DNA from: Priapulus caudatus
Lineage: Eukaryota
NCBI RefSeq assembly: GCF_000485595.1
Contig: NW_014577085.1
Coordinates: forward strand, 531,073-566,282
Length of the DNA: 35,210 nucleotides
Direction of reading: 5' to 3'
Shown here: piece after piece, positions 21,304 through 34,395 of the stretch
Position numbering within the stretch: the first letter of the stretch is position 1
Layout of the letters: every line of letters begins with the position of its first letter
Program-made: the position numbers and the translations under genes
Notes under the pieces: generated by a model
The model's database searches: none
What the model was told of the DNA's origin: nothing
Seen by the model: the letters and a program-made list of their open reading frames with translations, nothing else

Positions 21304-21365
21304 GTGTGTGTGTGTGCGTGATGTTGTGTGCTGTGTTGTGTGTGTGTGTGGTGCGTGCGTGCGTA
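20797..21365. repeat. Long degenerate (TG)n microsatellite
   Basis: Direct reading; source of the HT/CV-rich ORFs. Confidence 0.95.
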
Positions 21366-21446
21366 TGTGTCCGGTGCGTGTACATGCATGAATGTGTATG
21401 CGTATATATTTCAGTTGCAAAATGTTATAATGCAGATTTTCTTTTT

Positions 21447-22288
21447 ATTACCCCGCCAACACGAAGTTTATAACTTAATGGGCGGTCGCCACACAGCCGA
21501 TTTTCACGCGATTGATCGCGCCGCATTAATACAGGCCGATATCGGCGTAGGTGTGCGCGTTCTTTGTAGACGATTTTACTTACGATTATTTTATCAGGCT
21601 GATCGTTCCAAATCAAACATGGTTTTGATTTTGAAATGATCTATTTTGAAGCGATTTTGTGTAACCGACAAGATTTTGTGGGTGTGCGCCGTGAACTCAG
21701 GAAATCGTCTACGATAAATATTGAACAGCCAATAGCTGAACGTGCCCGTGCTCACATGGACACTTTACATTTCTATCGTAGGTTTATTATTGACATTCAC
21801 ATTTTAATCGTAGCGTGTGCGGTGTTTTTATCGGAAGGCCGTCGCGCATGAGCCGGATTTTAACAAACAGATGAAGAGCATTTTTTAATCGGACGATTTT
21901 TGGGATAGAGTGCCTTGCGACGCGCCTTTAATGGTCTGTCGGTCGGGCGGTGCGGCGCGGTGGGGGTCGGTCCGTTGCCCCAAAAAAAAAGTTTGTGGCA
22001 CGAACTACTTCCACTATTTTCAAGGGATTCCAATCAAACTTCATACACTTGATCACCATGAAGTCTAGATGTGCGTGACATATTTTGTGTGTGCGTCGCT
22101 CAAGGCGTTGCCATGGAAAACGTGTCTCATGATTCTCATCATCGTTTTTTTAATGTAATTTCATCATTTCTTTTTGTGTTCCGTGTATTCTTTACTCATA
22201 ACATATGCCCTACCATGAGCTTCCATTTCCCCCTCGACAAAGCGGTATTGCGGGGGTATTAATCTCTACCAGTGATATTTTCCCTAGT
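21447..22288 (+). mobile_element. Possible Helentron/DINE-like element
   Basis: ATTACCCCGCCAA at 5' versus TTGCGGGGGTATT near 3'; degenerate (GTCG/GTCC) run; caaacttcatacac core; terminal hairpin plus CTAGT. Confidence 0.4.
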
Positions 22289-22333
22289 CATGTGTCCTAA
22301 AATTTATACAGTAATTTTCACTACCGACTGTAT

Positions 22334-22460
22334 CACAGGCACTTGGAACGTGTCACTAAAATAAGTAAATAAACACGAAATGTATTTATTACCAAACTCT
22401 TAATGTTTTTATACTCTATTTCGTCTATTATTGTCGATAACTTGCTGTAAATGCCGGTCA
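22334..22460 (+). mobile_element. Single degenerate TIR of the CACAG element family at 33944-34294
   Basis: CACAGGCACTTGGA.CG..ttattaccaaa.tcttaatgttt.tatactct..ctattattg.cga..caaatgctcatct.caaca matches 33944-34095. Confidence 0.7.
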
Positions 22461-23216
22461 AATGCTCATCTGCAACACACAAATACACCGCACGCACGCC
22501 CTGTGCACAAACAACGATAATAAAAGAGCCTCTTTTATTCTTGTTGTTTATATATTGGTTGGTACGTTATATATTGGTTGAAATTATGTTGCGACATTAT
22601 ATACTACAAAATACATTGTCGATTTAACGTTGAAATGTACAACGTCTATTCAACATTGAAACTATAACGTTGTCGATATTACATATATGCAACCACCTTT
22701 GATTCACATTCACGCGGGCGCGCACACGTACGTGAGCATGCACGCACGCACACGTACGTGAGCATGCACGCACGCACAAGCACATGAGCACAGACGCCCC
22801 GCACACGGTGTTCAAACTGCCACACGTGGAAGAATATATCAAACGTGTGATATTTTCCACACGACCCAAGATCGAGGGATTTGTGGCGAGTGGAACAGCA
22901 AGTTCCTCAGCGTGTTTGGCGGGCTTAAGCAGTCTATTGTACTCGCGGGAGTAACAGATCGTGCGCCGATTTTCGGAGCAGCTCTGTTCTCGTAGATTAC
23001 GTGTTATACGTATAAATACTGTTAGTTAGTGTTATACTCGTAGATTACGTTACGTTAGTATATTATAGTGCTATATATCCTCCGATATTCGGACACGAGG
23101 ATTTACGCACCGACCGTCGGAGCAACCATGGACATAGCTTATAGTAAAATTACTGTCTAATTGTTTCCTAGGTACGAAGATGTGATGCGCCGATTTTCGG
23201 AGCAGTATTCACTGCA

Positions 23217-23593
23217 GGATCGCTGCAATCTTGACTTACACTGTTCTAAAACCGGTCCGGAATCAATCAGTTCAGCTTCTAGCAGGTTAACTGATCAAGA
23301 CGCGTTTGCGTCAATGCCAAGGGTCAGTGCCGCACTGGTAATTTGTAAGAACATGTTTCTTACACTTATTTCTCAGCTTTGTTGTGTGTCTGTTCGACTA
23401 GCTCAGGAAGCAGTAGACAAACGCGCCTTATTCGCCACACTAAAAACGCCATAGAGGAATGAAACTTGTTGAGACTGAAATATGGGAGATTGTGCTCACG
23501 TTCACTAACACTGATCATGAAAGACCGCGCAGCTGGGGTGACGGAACGGGAGAGTGTAGTGGGAACGTTGTGTCGCCCCACCACTTCTTCAAA
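23217..23593 (+). repeat. Dispersed repeat, copy B (copy A at 11850-12220)
   Basis: Alignment by eye to 11850-12220. Confidence 0.75.
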
Positions 23594-23874
23594 CCCCTTT
23601 TCAAGAATATGGGTGAAGAAGAGGCCTGGACAGCCTCTACGGGGCACAGCTCAACTGAGTTACCCCACGTGGGTTTAGCTTGCTGTTTTGGTGTTGCCAT
23701 TATATATGTATATGAAAAAAGTTTTGTTTAAGAAATTGCTACACAAAGTTAGAAATGAACGACTAGTTTCGACTTGTGGTAGTCTTCGTCAGGTTCTTCT
23801 AACCTTTTACAGCTGAAAAAAACGGTGCTTTTCAGCGTGTTTTCTTCTCCTTATATACCCAAGGTCCCTGTCCG

Positions 23875-24072
23875 CGAGGGAGCGCCAAAAGGGGGCGCCG
23901 AGGGTGGCGCCGAGGGGTTCAGGGGGCGCCAAAGGGGGGGCGCCGTTCACAGAAAGGGGGCGCCACAGCGTTTGGTGGGCGCTAAAAGGGGGCGCAGGGA
24001 GCGCCAGTGGCGCTGGAGACACCAAAGGGGGCGCCGTTCACTAAGGGGGGGGCGCATCAGAGGGGGGCGCAT
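23875..24072. repeat. GC-rich degenerate tandem array of (AA)GGGGGCGCC units
   Basis: About 10 recurring GGGGCGC motifs. Confidence 0.7.
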
Positions 24073-24182
24073 CCGATCACGTGATCTGTGCTTGCTCCTG
24101 ATTGGCTAAGCCGTCTGCCGTTAGCGTCATGGTATTCATGACGCGTGTGGAGGTTCCTACAGCGTCGATGAGGTCTGTATAC

Positions 24183-25432
24183 CCCAGAAAACATGCTGAC
24201 GTTGGGCCAACGTTGGGCCAACGGCTGTCTTCAGCTCATGCCAAGGTTATGGCCCTGTCACACCTTAACAACGCCAGCGTATGCCGACGTATCAAAATTT
24301 CTCTAAAACGCTGGCATACGCTGAACTATCGATGTTTTTTTGGGCGTATACATAGCGTATTCATAACGAGTTGGACATATACATAACGTATTAGTAACTT
24401 ATATAGAACGTTTCGATAACTTATAGATAACTTATACCAACGAATGCTTAGCGTGTTGCCGGCGTTTACAACTTATGCCCAACGATAGTCTAACTTATGC
24501 ATAGTGCGCGGCAGCGTATCGCCGACGATCACGTGTGGTAGCCTATAAAAAGGCTGCCGCTCGACGATTCAAATCATAACCGCACTAGACATCGCAGTAT
24601 CAACATCACCGTCGCAGTATCAACATGCCAGTACCATTTTTATATACCAATTCCCCTAAACGCTGCCAATACGCCATTATACGGTAGCTGTAAGTTAGAA
24701 ACACGGTCAGTAAATTCTGTGGTCGTCCCGAACACGTCAAATACGTTTACATACGTCAAAATGCGTTGGAGATAAGTTACACATTAAATAACGGTTAAAA
24801 ACGTTTTAAAAACGTTAACGGTTTAAATAACGTTACTCATAGGTTCGAATCACGTTACTCATAGGTTAGAAATAAGTTTTGGGTACGCTAGACATTATCT
24901 CGACGTATTTCGACTTATGAGTAACTTACAAGTAACGTGTGTGAACGTGTGTCAACGATCGCATAACTTACCTACAGCTTATGGCCCGCGTATGCGGGAC
25001 GTATGGGCATACGCTGGCATACGTCAGAAAATTTTGAGCATGCTCAAAATTTTTCGACGACCTCGCCGTACTACGACGTATACCAGCGTGCTTCAGCGTG
25101 CTTCAGCGTGCTCTTAACTTATACAAAGCTTACCCGTAACTTATTCGACGTACGCCAGCGTATTCACAAAATTTTTCATACGTCAGTATACGCTGGCTTT
25201 CATACGGAGGTGTGACAGGTCAATGTTTGCTTCCAACGTTGATCCAACGTCTTTTTGCTCAGCGTGCCAACGTTGGTCCAACGGTGGCCCAACGTTGGCC
25301 CAACAGCAGTCAGCCAACGTTGGCCCAACGTCATATTGCCAACGTTGGCCCAACGTTAGACAGCCAACGTTGGCCCAACGTCATACAGCCAACGTTGGCC
25401 CAACGGCTTTTTGCTCAGCGTGCCAACGTTGG
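24183..25432. mobile_element. CCCAG-terminated element with CCAACGTTGG palindromic satellite, interrupted by a nested MITE and cut by a gap
   Basis: CCCAGAAAACA start; GTTGGGCCAACG repeats at 24200-24222 resume as (GCCAACGTTGGCCCAACG)n at 25230-25432. Confidence 0.5.
24251..25221. mobile_element. PIF/Harbinger-like MITE (~970 bp)
   Basis: GGCCCTGTCACACCT / AGGTGTGACAGG ends with ~70-bp imperfect extension (gccagcgtat..gacgtat.aaaa..acgctggc.tacg). Confidence 0.65.
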
Positions 25433-25457
25433 NNNNNNNNNNNNNNNNNNNNNNNNN
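25433..25457. other. Assembly gap (25 N)
   Basis: N run. Confidence 1.
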
Positions 25458-25903
25458 CATCTATATATAGATGGATAAATAAATCTATTTATATATAGAT
25501 GTTGTGTGAGGAGTGAACATGATCCTACAGCCAGTGGTTTTAATTGCAGAATTGAATAATTAATATTTAAATTTATTATTTTCTAGAGGTATGTGTACCC
25601 GTAGTCACCCCTCTTTTGAAATTCCTAGACCCACTCCTAAAATATGATGCCTTACGCTGGCATGTTGGCCGATCACAGCCGGTTTGATACGGTATCATCA
25701 GATGCTAGAAATATCTATAAACGATGTAGTGTTTCTGTGCGAAATTTGTAAGCTAATCGCATCGCCAAAATTATTTTTTAATATCCCAGATAACCTGTAT
25801 GTGATATATTAGCAAAGCCCCAGTAAGATGAATGCACAGAATAAGCTGTTTAAAGTGAGGACTCGGGGTTCTAGAACAAATACCCCCGCGACACCCGCAA
25901 CCT

Positions 25904-26330
25904 AGGACAATCACACTATGCTATCCACTCCCGGACAATCACCTCCCCGCGATACGTATCCCCGAGGAATTATCCCGAGATAATTACCTTCCAGAAAATC
26001 CTCCCAGGACAATCACCTACCCCGGACAATCACCTACCCCGGACAATCGCCTACCCTCGGACAATTACCCTCGGACAATCACCCCAATGATATTCACTCC
26101 CGGACAATCACCCCCGAACAGTTACACCCCAGACAATTACCCCCATGCAATGACTTCCAGACAATCACCCTCCCCCACGCACACACACAAACACACATGG
26201 GATACTCCCCCAGGATAATTACCCCGGGGATAGTTACCTGCTGGACAATGACCCCCAAACACACGAGATACATCCCCGAGATAATTATCTTAGACTACCA
26301 CAGATTACGCCTGCGGACGATCACCCCCAC
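25904..26330. repeat. Degenerate ~16-19-bp tandem repeat (CCGGACAATCACCCC)
   Basis: Many GGACAAT(C/T)ACC units. Confidence 0.85.
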
Positions 26331-26700
26331 CCCGTGGGTTGTGAATTATATAAATTTACGTAAATTTATTGGTATATGCGCAAGATCTTTGCGTTGATCT
26401 AACATCTGTCACATCTCATACCTGTGATGTGATAACAATTCAAACTCCCATACTCGCTTCGCCTGCGTGAGAATGCACAATATTTCTGTCGTTCCTGTGA
26501 GGTGCACTTTCGTATGGAGGCAAGTTTATGGTCACTGCGTAATGATTTCAGTATACGCTATTGAATGATTACATTTGCATGCATGAGAAACGGCAAACAA
26601 AATGTAAGCAGATTTTCTTCTTTTATCCCGACATGTCTTAGAGCGTTTCATATTTTCATATTTGTCTGATTCCATATGTGCTAACGTACGGTACGGGTAT

Positions 26701-26705
<5 letters not shown>

Positions 26706-26782
<77 letters not shown>

Positions 26783-26870
26783 ACTACTACCTAACCTATA
26801 CCTACCTAGTAACTAATCCTACCTACCCTACCTACCTACCTATACCTACCTACCTACCTAATCCTACCTA
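26706..26870. repeat. (CA)n followed by degenerate (CCTA)n
   Basis: Direct reading. Confidence 0.95.
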
Positions 26871-26895
26871 NNNNNNNNNNNNNNNNNNNNNNNNN
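26871..26895. other. Assembly gap (25 N)
   Basis: N run. Confidence 1.
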
Positions 26896-27305
26896 GGACG
26901 CCACGCACGCACGCGGGCGCTTGCACACACACACACATCACAAAAACACACACACATACACACACACGCATACGCACACGCACATCGCACACGCACACGC
27001 ACAGCGCACACGCACACCGCACACGCACACGCACACGCACCACGCACTACGCACACGGCACAAGCTCACCGCACACGCACACGGCCACGCACACGCACAC
27101 GCACACGCACACGCACACGCACACGCACACGGCACCACACACACACATACACGCACGCACGACACGCCACGCACGGCACGCACACCACGCAACGACACGC
27201 ACACGCACACGCCACACGCACACGCACAGCAAGCTGCACATGTACACGCCACACACATACGCGCACGCCCATGTACGCACGCGCGCACACACGTATACAT
27301 ACATG
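26896..27305. repeat. Degenerate (CA)/(CGCACA)n low-complexity tract
   Basis: Direct reading. Confidence 0.9.
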
Positions 27306-29676
27306 CATAGGGCTTGATCTGACAATTTGATTCTTTGATCACGCATGGGTAACTGAATTTTTCCATGACATGCATTACCCCACATCAGCTCATACTTTCT
27401 GTCGAATTATATTCTGACCACTGAGTCTGGCTGAAGTCCGGTTTTCTATAGAAGCATTATGGACGTCACAAAAGGCATTCGAAAAATCTTTGGACCCAAC
27501 GGTGATGTGCCCCTGCGTTCACTATCCAAATACCTACGGTTACGGCGAACTTGGTTATATGGTTGCGATGCATATGTTATGGCCTTATTTTAAACACACT
27601 CGCCATTTGCCAAAATGGCGGCCTCGGGCGTTTGCCATCTTCGCAGGCCGCGGATGGTACGAAAACATTCCTCGTGGGTTTATTTCTTTTCTTAACCGTA
27701 ACACCCTAGAATGTCTTGCGCGGAGTTAGCCGTTTTACGCGGAGGTGTAAGCAGTTACGAAATTCATGCGGGTTTTATTATTTATCGTATGTCTCTATGA
27801 TGCGCAACCCTCATAATCCTTGTTTTATGTTTAAATACTTTCTTCCGATGTCTTTTCCACGTTTCCGGCTTCACTTGGAGCCTTCATTATGCAGTTGAGC
27901 GCTCAGCATGATACAGTCTGCGGCTTTCTGAGAAGAGCTTTTCTCGTTTTGCCTCTTCGTTTCTCGTCTGCCTTTCGTTATATCTTGAGTCGAATCTAGC
28001 AGTGAAAAACGCAACTCCGATATTCGATGCACCTTTCTGTCTCTCTGGGTCTCTATGTGCTTTTTGAAAAAACCCTGCGGTTAATTCTGCTTTATCACAA
28101 ATCACGGCGACAACTATTTAGGCGGTATGTGCATCCAATCTAACGATGCCGCAGCGTCATATGAGCTTTTGGGGTACGTGGCATGTATTGGAAATTGCTC
28201 TCATTTCTTGCTCTGCTCTGCTCCTTTTCACTTATCTCGTTTGAAAAAACATAGCTTCACGCATGGGCAGTCCAGAAGGTTATTCATTTCTGGCGTTAGA
28301 TAGGCATTTCATTTGAGTTATACTGATTTAGTTTTCGGTAGATATCTACGCAAACAATAGGGCGGAATGCCGTATTGTTGATGCCGTTGGCTATTGCTGG
28401 GTTGATATCGCCCTATTGATTTGCTATACTATATTTTTTATCCATCACGTTCTGCTAGGCTAGTGCGAAAACTTTAGTGGCGGTTTCGTTATTTGGATTG
28501 GCCATGCCTTCCAGTGTTGGATTGAATGTTGAAAATTGTTAGTATGCTCGGATGGTTTGCCCGGGGATTGGGGATCGTGAGCTTTAACGCGCGTCAAGTG
28601 TCCGGCAATCCTTATAGGAGCTACGAGAAATCCGGAATAACGTATTCTGGAAGTAGCACGCCGGGTTAAATCTTGCAGTTATGGATTTCTAGTCGGACGG
28701 CTTGAAAATTTATTACCAATGGCTTGAGTTAACGGCGAGTAATGGGGATCACTTCAGACCAATCTCATCTCCCTTACGTAATTGTGCGGCCTCGTTTTAT
28801 TGAAGTAAAACCTGATATAACTGGCATCTTAGTATGTGTTCCTCCTTAGGTTTCTACTATAAGTATATCATTCTTTGATCTTAATCATTGCACATGGAAC
28901 TTGGTCAATATGGTATCCAGACAGGCTGATTGGACAAAGAAATATAATAAGTGCTCTACCAAAGCCGTTGACACATTCATTTTCCAACGCCTTTTGTAGT
29001 TTCTTCTAGAATTGTAGACTATGACGCTATATAGTAACACCACTTATTTTGGAAGCCACTTTTACGCAAATCGGTGTAACTCGTATTCATGCAGGATGCG
29101 TGATGTGTGCAACGCACGCCCACGCACGCACGCCACGCACGGCCACGCATCGCACGTACTCACGTCCGCACGCATTCCACGCACCGCACGCAACGCACGC
29201 GCACGCCCCCCCCCCCTACGCAACGTACTCACGCGCCACAGCCGTCTTTCTGATTGAGCGTGTGCCGTATGTGGTGCGTGCGTGCTGCTGCTCGTGCCAG
29301 TGCCGTTGCGTGCGTGCAGTGCGTGCGGTGCGTGCGCACGTCCTCGCCTCGCTCGCGCGCGTTTGTGTAGTCAACACGCGCCACTTCGTTACCCTGCGGT
29401 ACCAATACGTTTCCGACAACATTAGCTGGTGATCTACGATCCAGCTATATTATTCCTCCGCCATTCGTGTCAACGTTCGCTGCTCTCCCGTCCGACGTCC
29501 GCCGCCCACTGACAGGCCGTGCGTACGCATTGGGCATGCGCACGAGGCGGTTAGCAATATCCGGCCGCAAACAACTGCGATAGCCGTAAAGACACGGCGC
29601 GCAGGAAAGGCGATGTGTAGTTGGACATGCGGTTCTGCGGGAGCGTACGTGTCCGTCGGGGCGTGTGCCTGTGTTG

Positions 29677-29677
<1 letters not shown>

Positions 29678-29709
<32 letters not shown>

Positions 29710-30240
29710 TGTGTGTGCGTTGTGTGCTGTAGTTTGTGTTGTGTGTGTGTGGGGGGGGGCTGTATGTGTGTGTGGGTTGGGTGTGTGTGTGTGTGTTGTG
29801 TGTTGTGTGTGTGTGTGTGGTGTACCGTGTGTGTGTGTGTGTGATCGTTGTGTGTGCGTGTGTGTGGGGTGTGTGTGGAGTGTGTGTGTGTGTGTGCTGG
29901 TGCTTTGTATTTGTGTGTGTTGGGGGGGGGTGATATGTGTGGTGTGTGCTGTGTGTGTTGTGTGTTGTGTGTGTGTGTTGTGGGTGTGTGTGTGTGTGCT
30001 ATGTGTGTGTGTGTGTGTGTGTGTGTATTTGTGTGTCGCTGGGTGTGGGGGGGGCTGTATGTGTGTGTTGTGTGTGGCGGTGTGTCGTGTGTGTGTGTGT
30101 GTGTGTCTGTGTCGCGATTAGTTTATAGCCATAAAACACGATGGAGGCGGGCTCTTGCCTGTTGTGTGGGCTGTGTGTGTGGTGTGGTGGAGATTGTGTG
30201 GTGTGTGGGGTGCTGTGTTGTTTTGTTGTGATTGGGTGTG
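29678..30240. repeat. Degenerate (TG)n tract
   Basis: Direct reading. Confidence 0.9.
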
Positions 30241-30464
30241 GCCTGCTTCATGCCTGCTACAGTGGTCAAACAATATTAGTAATTCTGTGGGTATATGTTG
30301 TCTTAATCGCGCGCTGTGTAGCAGTAGTGTTTCATTGACGTCGATTTGCATAGTAGTACGATGCTTATCCCTATAACCTTTTGTCATAGATTTCCTGTGG
30401 TTGGTATGATTAATAATTGGACTGGAGTATGATAAACTTTAGTATGCGCTGCATTTACTCTGCC

Positions 30465-30561
30465 CCTACCTACCTACCTACCTACCTACCTACCTACTAC
30501 CTACCTACCTACCTACCTACCTACCTACCTACCTACATACCTACCTATATCTACCTACCTA
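30465..30561. repeat. (CCTA)n microsatellite
   Basis: Direct reading. Confidence 0.95.
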
Positions 30562-32366
30562 TTTTGTGATAAATATGCGTTTAATATGGTTAGGGGGTAT
30601 CTCAGCATATTAATTTTTGCAATTAATTGTTATCAGAACACCTGTGTTTATAATTAGGAGAGCGCCCTAGCCTGTAGGGTGCAAAACTCCTACTTTGCCT
30701 CCTCCAGTATTTCCCATTGTGTCCCCTGTTCCTCGCTCAGCCTAATTCCTCTTCTACCGCCTCTCAGCTATCTTCCCTGCCGCTTTTCCTCAGTCTCTTA
30801 CCCCTCTCTCCCACAGCAAGCTATATTATGCAGTTTTCTTTAGTCGGTACTACACGCCTGAAACGGTACTCGCGCATGCGCAATATCTCCCACGAAGAAT
30901 CATATTTTGCAATGATTATGCATTTAAAATGAAGAGGAGTCATCCTAGCATAGATTTATATGATAACATTCTATCAGTAGACATCCCTTAATAAATAGGA
31001 AGAAGACCACTGCATATACCAGCCAGGCTATTCTTGCCCGCGCGTCCCTGCGTTCATCTCGTGATACTAATTACTGCCTCAATGCAAACGTGGATGCCAA
31101 AAGTTCGAGTTTTAGTTGTGAATCAAACAAACCATTTTTTTTCTAGCAAATACTCGGAAGTCGTGATCAATTTTTATAGCCTAAATTGGAACCATTTCGC
31201 GCCCGCATTCCGAAAGGAGGGGAGTGGAAAACACCCAGTTATGCTGTTTATGAAGTCACGTGACTAAATCGCTTTCTGTCACGCAAAGGATAAAAGTAAA
31301 ACACTACCTAGACCGGGTCTAGGTAGACCCCCACACGGGACATATGTGTCTACGCCAGCAAGAGGGCACACGTTATACCTCTCAGGCTGACTCCTTTCGC
31401 TCGTTATGCCGAAGTATATATATTTGCGTGGTGCGCTCACCGAGTGGCCGTTCAGTATATAACCTTCCCTATTTGAGCCCTTGGCTATATAGGTAGCATG
31501 CAAGGCTGTTGGCAAAGACCGAGTAGGTAGTTCTGTGACGGTTCAATTAGTTATTCTTACTGTACGGACGATGTTGATAGTAATTAATCGTTGTCAGGTA
31601 CTTAGACTCGAGTGAGTTCCCGTTTGGCTTGTTATTCGCGTAGCCACACACATACGTTACTTATATTTTTTTTAATACCTTTTTACGTTTACATCACTTA
31701 ATTAGAGGCTATCGGCGTGCACTCCACTACTACATTGCGCAACAATCATGATCGATGTAATAAACATGCAGCTATAGCTATAAATAAAGACTATAAATTT
31801 TCACGCGTTCCACACACAGAGTTGGTTGTACCACATTGACCTGATATAATTCAATTTCTGCAGCACCGTCGAGAGCACGGCGATAGAAGCAATGTTTTCG
31901 AGGGAACGATAAGTTTAATGAGAAGTTAATGAGAAGTTAATGAGACAAGAGGTCTGAAACGCCGTTCTTCTCACTTGGAGAAAAAAACTGTTTCTTGTTT
32001 TTTTTTTGTATCTTGAGTGATAGACAGATATATCGGGCAGGTGTACATTGCCGAGATGTAAATCTTCTTCTAATTACATCTTAACAGATCTTAACTACTT
32101 ATTTCAAATTATCAACTTACATCTATACTATATTATTATTATTATCATTATTATTATTATTTATTATTATCTTATATCTATATTATATCTTTTACTTTAC
32201 TAGTCATACTTAGCTAGTTCATAGAAGAGATAAACACTTTTAGAGGACGCTTAGTGATACGGAACGCCTTCAGGCGATAGCAGTCATCAACATATTAGGT
32301 GGGTACAACCCACGTACAAAACCCAATGCGCACACTCCTAGACTGGACGCAACAGAGCACTAGATC

Positions 32367-32559
32367 ATGAGGCTCTATCGACAAGATGGTGGTTGGGCCT
32401 GGGTCGTACTTTTCTCGGCTTTTCTCGGGCATTTCATATTCGTGGGGATGTCGTTTTCGTTTGGCGTCTACTTCGTGGAGCTACGAAATTTCTTCGGGAG
32501 TTCGGCGAGCCTAACTTCATGGGTCGGCTCCCTCAACACCGGACTTCTGTTCGGAGCAG
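32367..32559 (+). CDS. SLC16 (monocarboxylate transporter, MFS) family, first coding exon; remaining exons lie beyond the window
   Basis: MRLYRQDGGWAWVVLFSAF...SFGVYFVEL...FGSSASLTSWVGSLNTGLLFGA(G): the DGGW(G/A)W signature and TM1-TM2. Phase-1 donor G/gtgggc at 32560; in-frame TAG just upstream of the ATG. Confidence 0.9.
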
Positions 32560-33507
32560 GTGGGCGGAGCTCTGCGCTTCATTACGTTATATCATTCGCA
32601 TTTACAATGTTCAATATATTCATAAGTCATTCAATCAAGTTTAGATTCGCGTTATTTATTGCCCTATTCTGCTGCCGGTATAATAGTAACGGAGCTTGAG
32701 GGTTCTGGATATATGGCTATTACGAGCTGATAGGCCGGAATCGACGACACGAAAGGTCGAATGACAACAATTAATAATCTTACATAGTTTACACGAGTTT
32801 AATTTTACGTTTATCATACATAGCAGTCCTCAAAATAAGATTAAAGTATTGTGCGTCATCGCGTCAGCTTATGAACGCGTGCCGTTTATTATATGGTTTA
32901 TTGTTATATAGGGGGGGGGGGCGGTATATAGGGTTATATATATCGGGTATATAGCGAGCCACGACGGTTTTACGGTTAAAGCCTCTAGACTGGACAGTAG
33001 AAAAAATTAATCAGGAGTACATTAACATGTTAAACCTAATACTTACTTACCTATACCTTTTTATTTATTTATTAAGACTTACGGACATCAGAATTAATGA
33101 TTAATTGCTTCAATATTTAAGATTTTGACTTACTCGGTACTGCGCATCTGAATGCTTTAAGTCCGGTGTCGGGAGGGACTTCATCGTTATTATTATAGCG
33201 ATCATTTACCAAAGAATACTCGCGGATGCGCGGGTCATGTCTCGCAACTTGCCGCGCTAGCATCCATCGCGATCGACTTGAGATACGGTCAAATACGGTC
33301 ATCCCGTCATATATATATGACATATATATCAATACTATAATTTGGCTAATCTTGTGTGTGTGTGTGTGTGTTTGTTTGTCCTCGCTTTTCGCCCTGATTT
33401 GTCACTCAATCGCGCTAACTGAAGATATATTCAGAATCACCACGTTTGGGAGATGGTTCTGGCTGAAAAAAAATTTAAAAAAGTTCAAGTATTAAGTATT
33501 AAGTCAA

Positions 33508-33590
33508 TCTCTCTCTCTCTCTTTCTCTCCTCTCTCTCTCTCTCCCGCACTCTCTCTCTATCTATCTCTTTCTCCCTCTCTTTCTCTTCT

Positions 33591-33622
<32 letters not shown>

Positions 33623-33663
33623 GCTCTCTCTCCTCTATCTCCCTCTCGCTATCTCTCTTTCTT

Positions 33664-33720
<57 letters not shown>

Positions 33721-33730
33721 CTCTCGCTCG

Positions 33731-33762
<32 letters not shown>

Positions 33763-33790
33763 TCTCCTCTCTCTCGCTCTCTCTCTCTCT

Positions 33791-33839
<49 letters not shown>

Positions 33840-33862
33840 ATTTCTCTCTCTTTCTCCCTCGC
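33508..33862. repeat. Degenerate (CT)n tract
   Basis: Direct reading. Confidence 0.95.
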
Positions 33863-33943
33863 TATTTTGTTACGGAAAAGACGCGGCAGATAGAGCTAAG
33901 CAGACGCGCGCGGCTGATCCTCGCATCACACTGCTGGGCGGAG

Positions 33944-34294
33944 CACAGGCACTTGGAGCGTTTCAATAAAATATAATGCTAAATAAATACGAAATCTATT
34001 TACTACCAAAGTCTTAATGTTTCTATACTCTCTTTCACCTATTATTGCCGACAATTTCCTGTAAAATTCCGTCCAAATGCTCATCTACAACAAACACTGG
34101 CTGCCGCCATTGCTGCCGCTGCACACTGACACATATAAATATATAAATGTAAAAATAATTATATAAATATATTTACAGAAAATTGTCGGCCAATAATAGG
34201 TGAAAGAGAGTATAGAAACATTAAGACTTTGATAGTAAATAGATTTCGTATTTATTTAGCATTATATTTTATTGAAACGCTCCAAGTGCCTGTG
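33944..34294. mobile_element. 350-bp MITE with ~120-bp TIRs starting CACAG (CMC/CACTA-like termini)
   Basis: CACAGGCACTTGGAGCGTTTCAATAAAA... / ...TTTTATTGAAACGCTCCAAGTGCCTGTG; another arm copy at 22334. Confidence 0.8.
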
Positions 34295-34395
34295 GACCGG
34301 AGGCTACACACCGATTATTACGTCCTTCAGGCGTCGAAGCGCTCGTTCGCTCATTCAGCGAGACGCCTTAACGCTTTTAGGAAGGCATTTCTTGG

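Noticed and set aside
20617..21473. HT- and CV-repeat ORFs (also 26662-27385 and 29621-30231)
   Set aside because: Translations of (CA)/(TG) microsatellites
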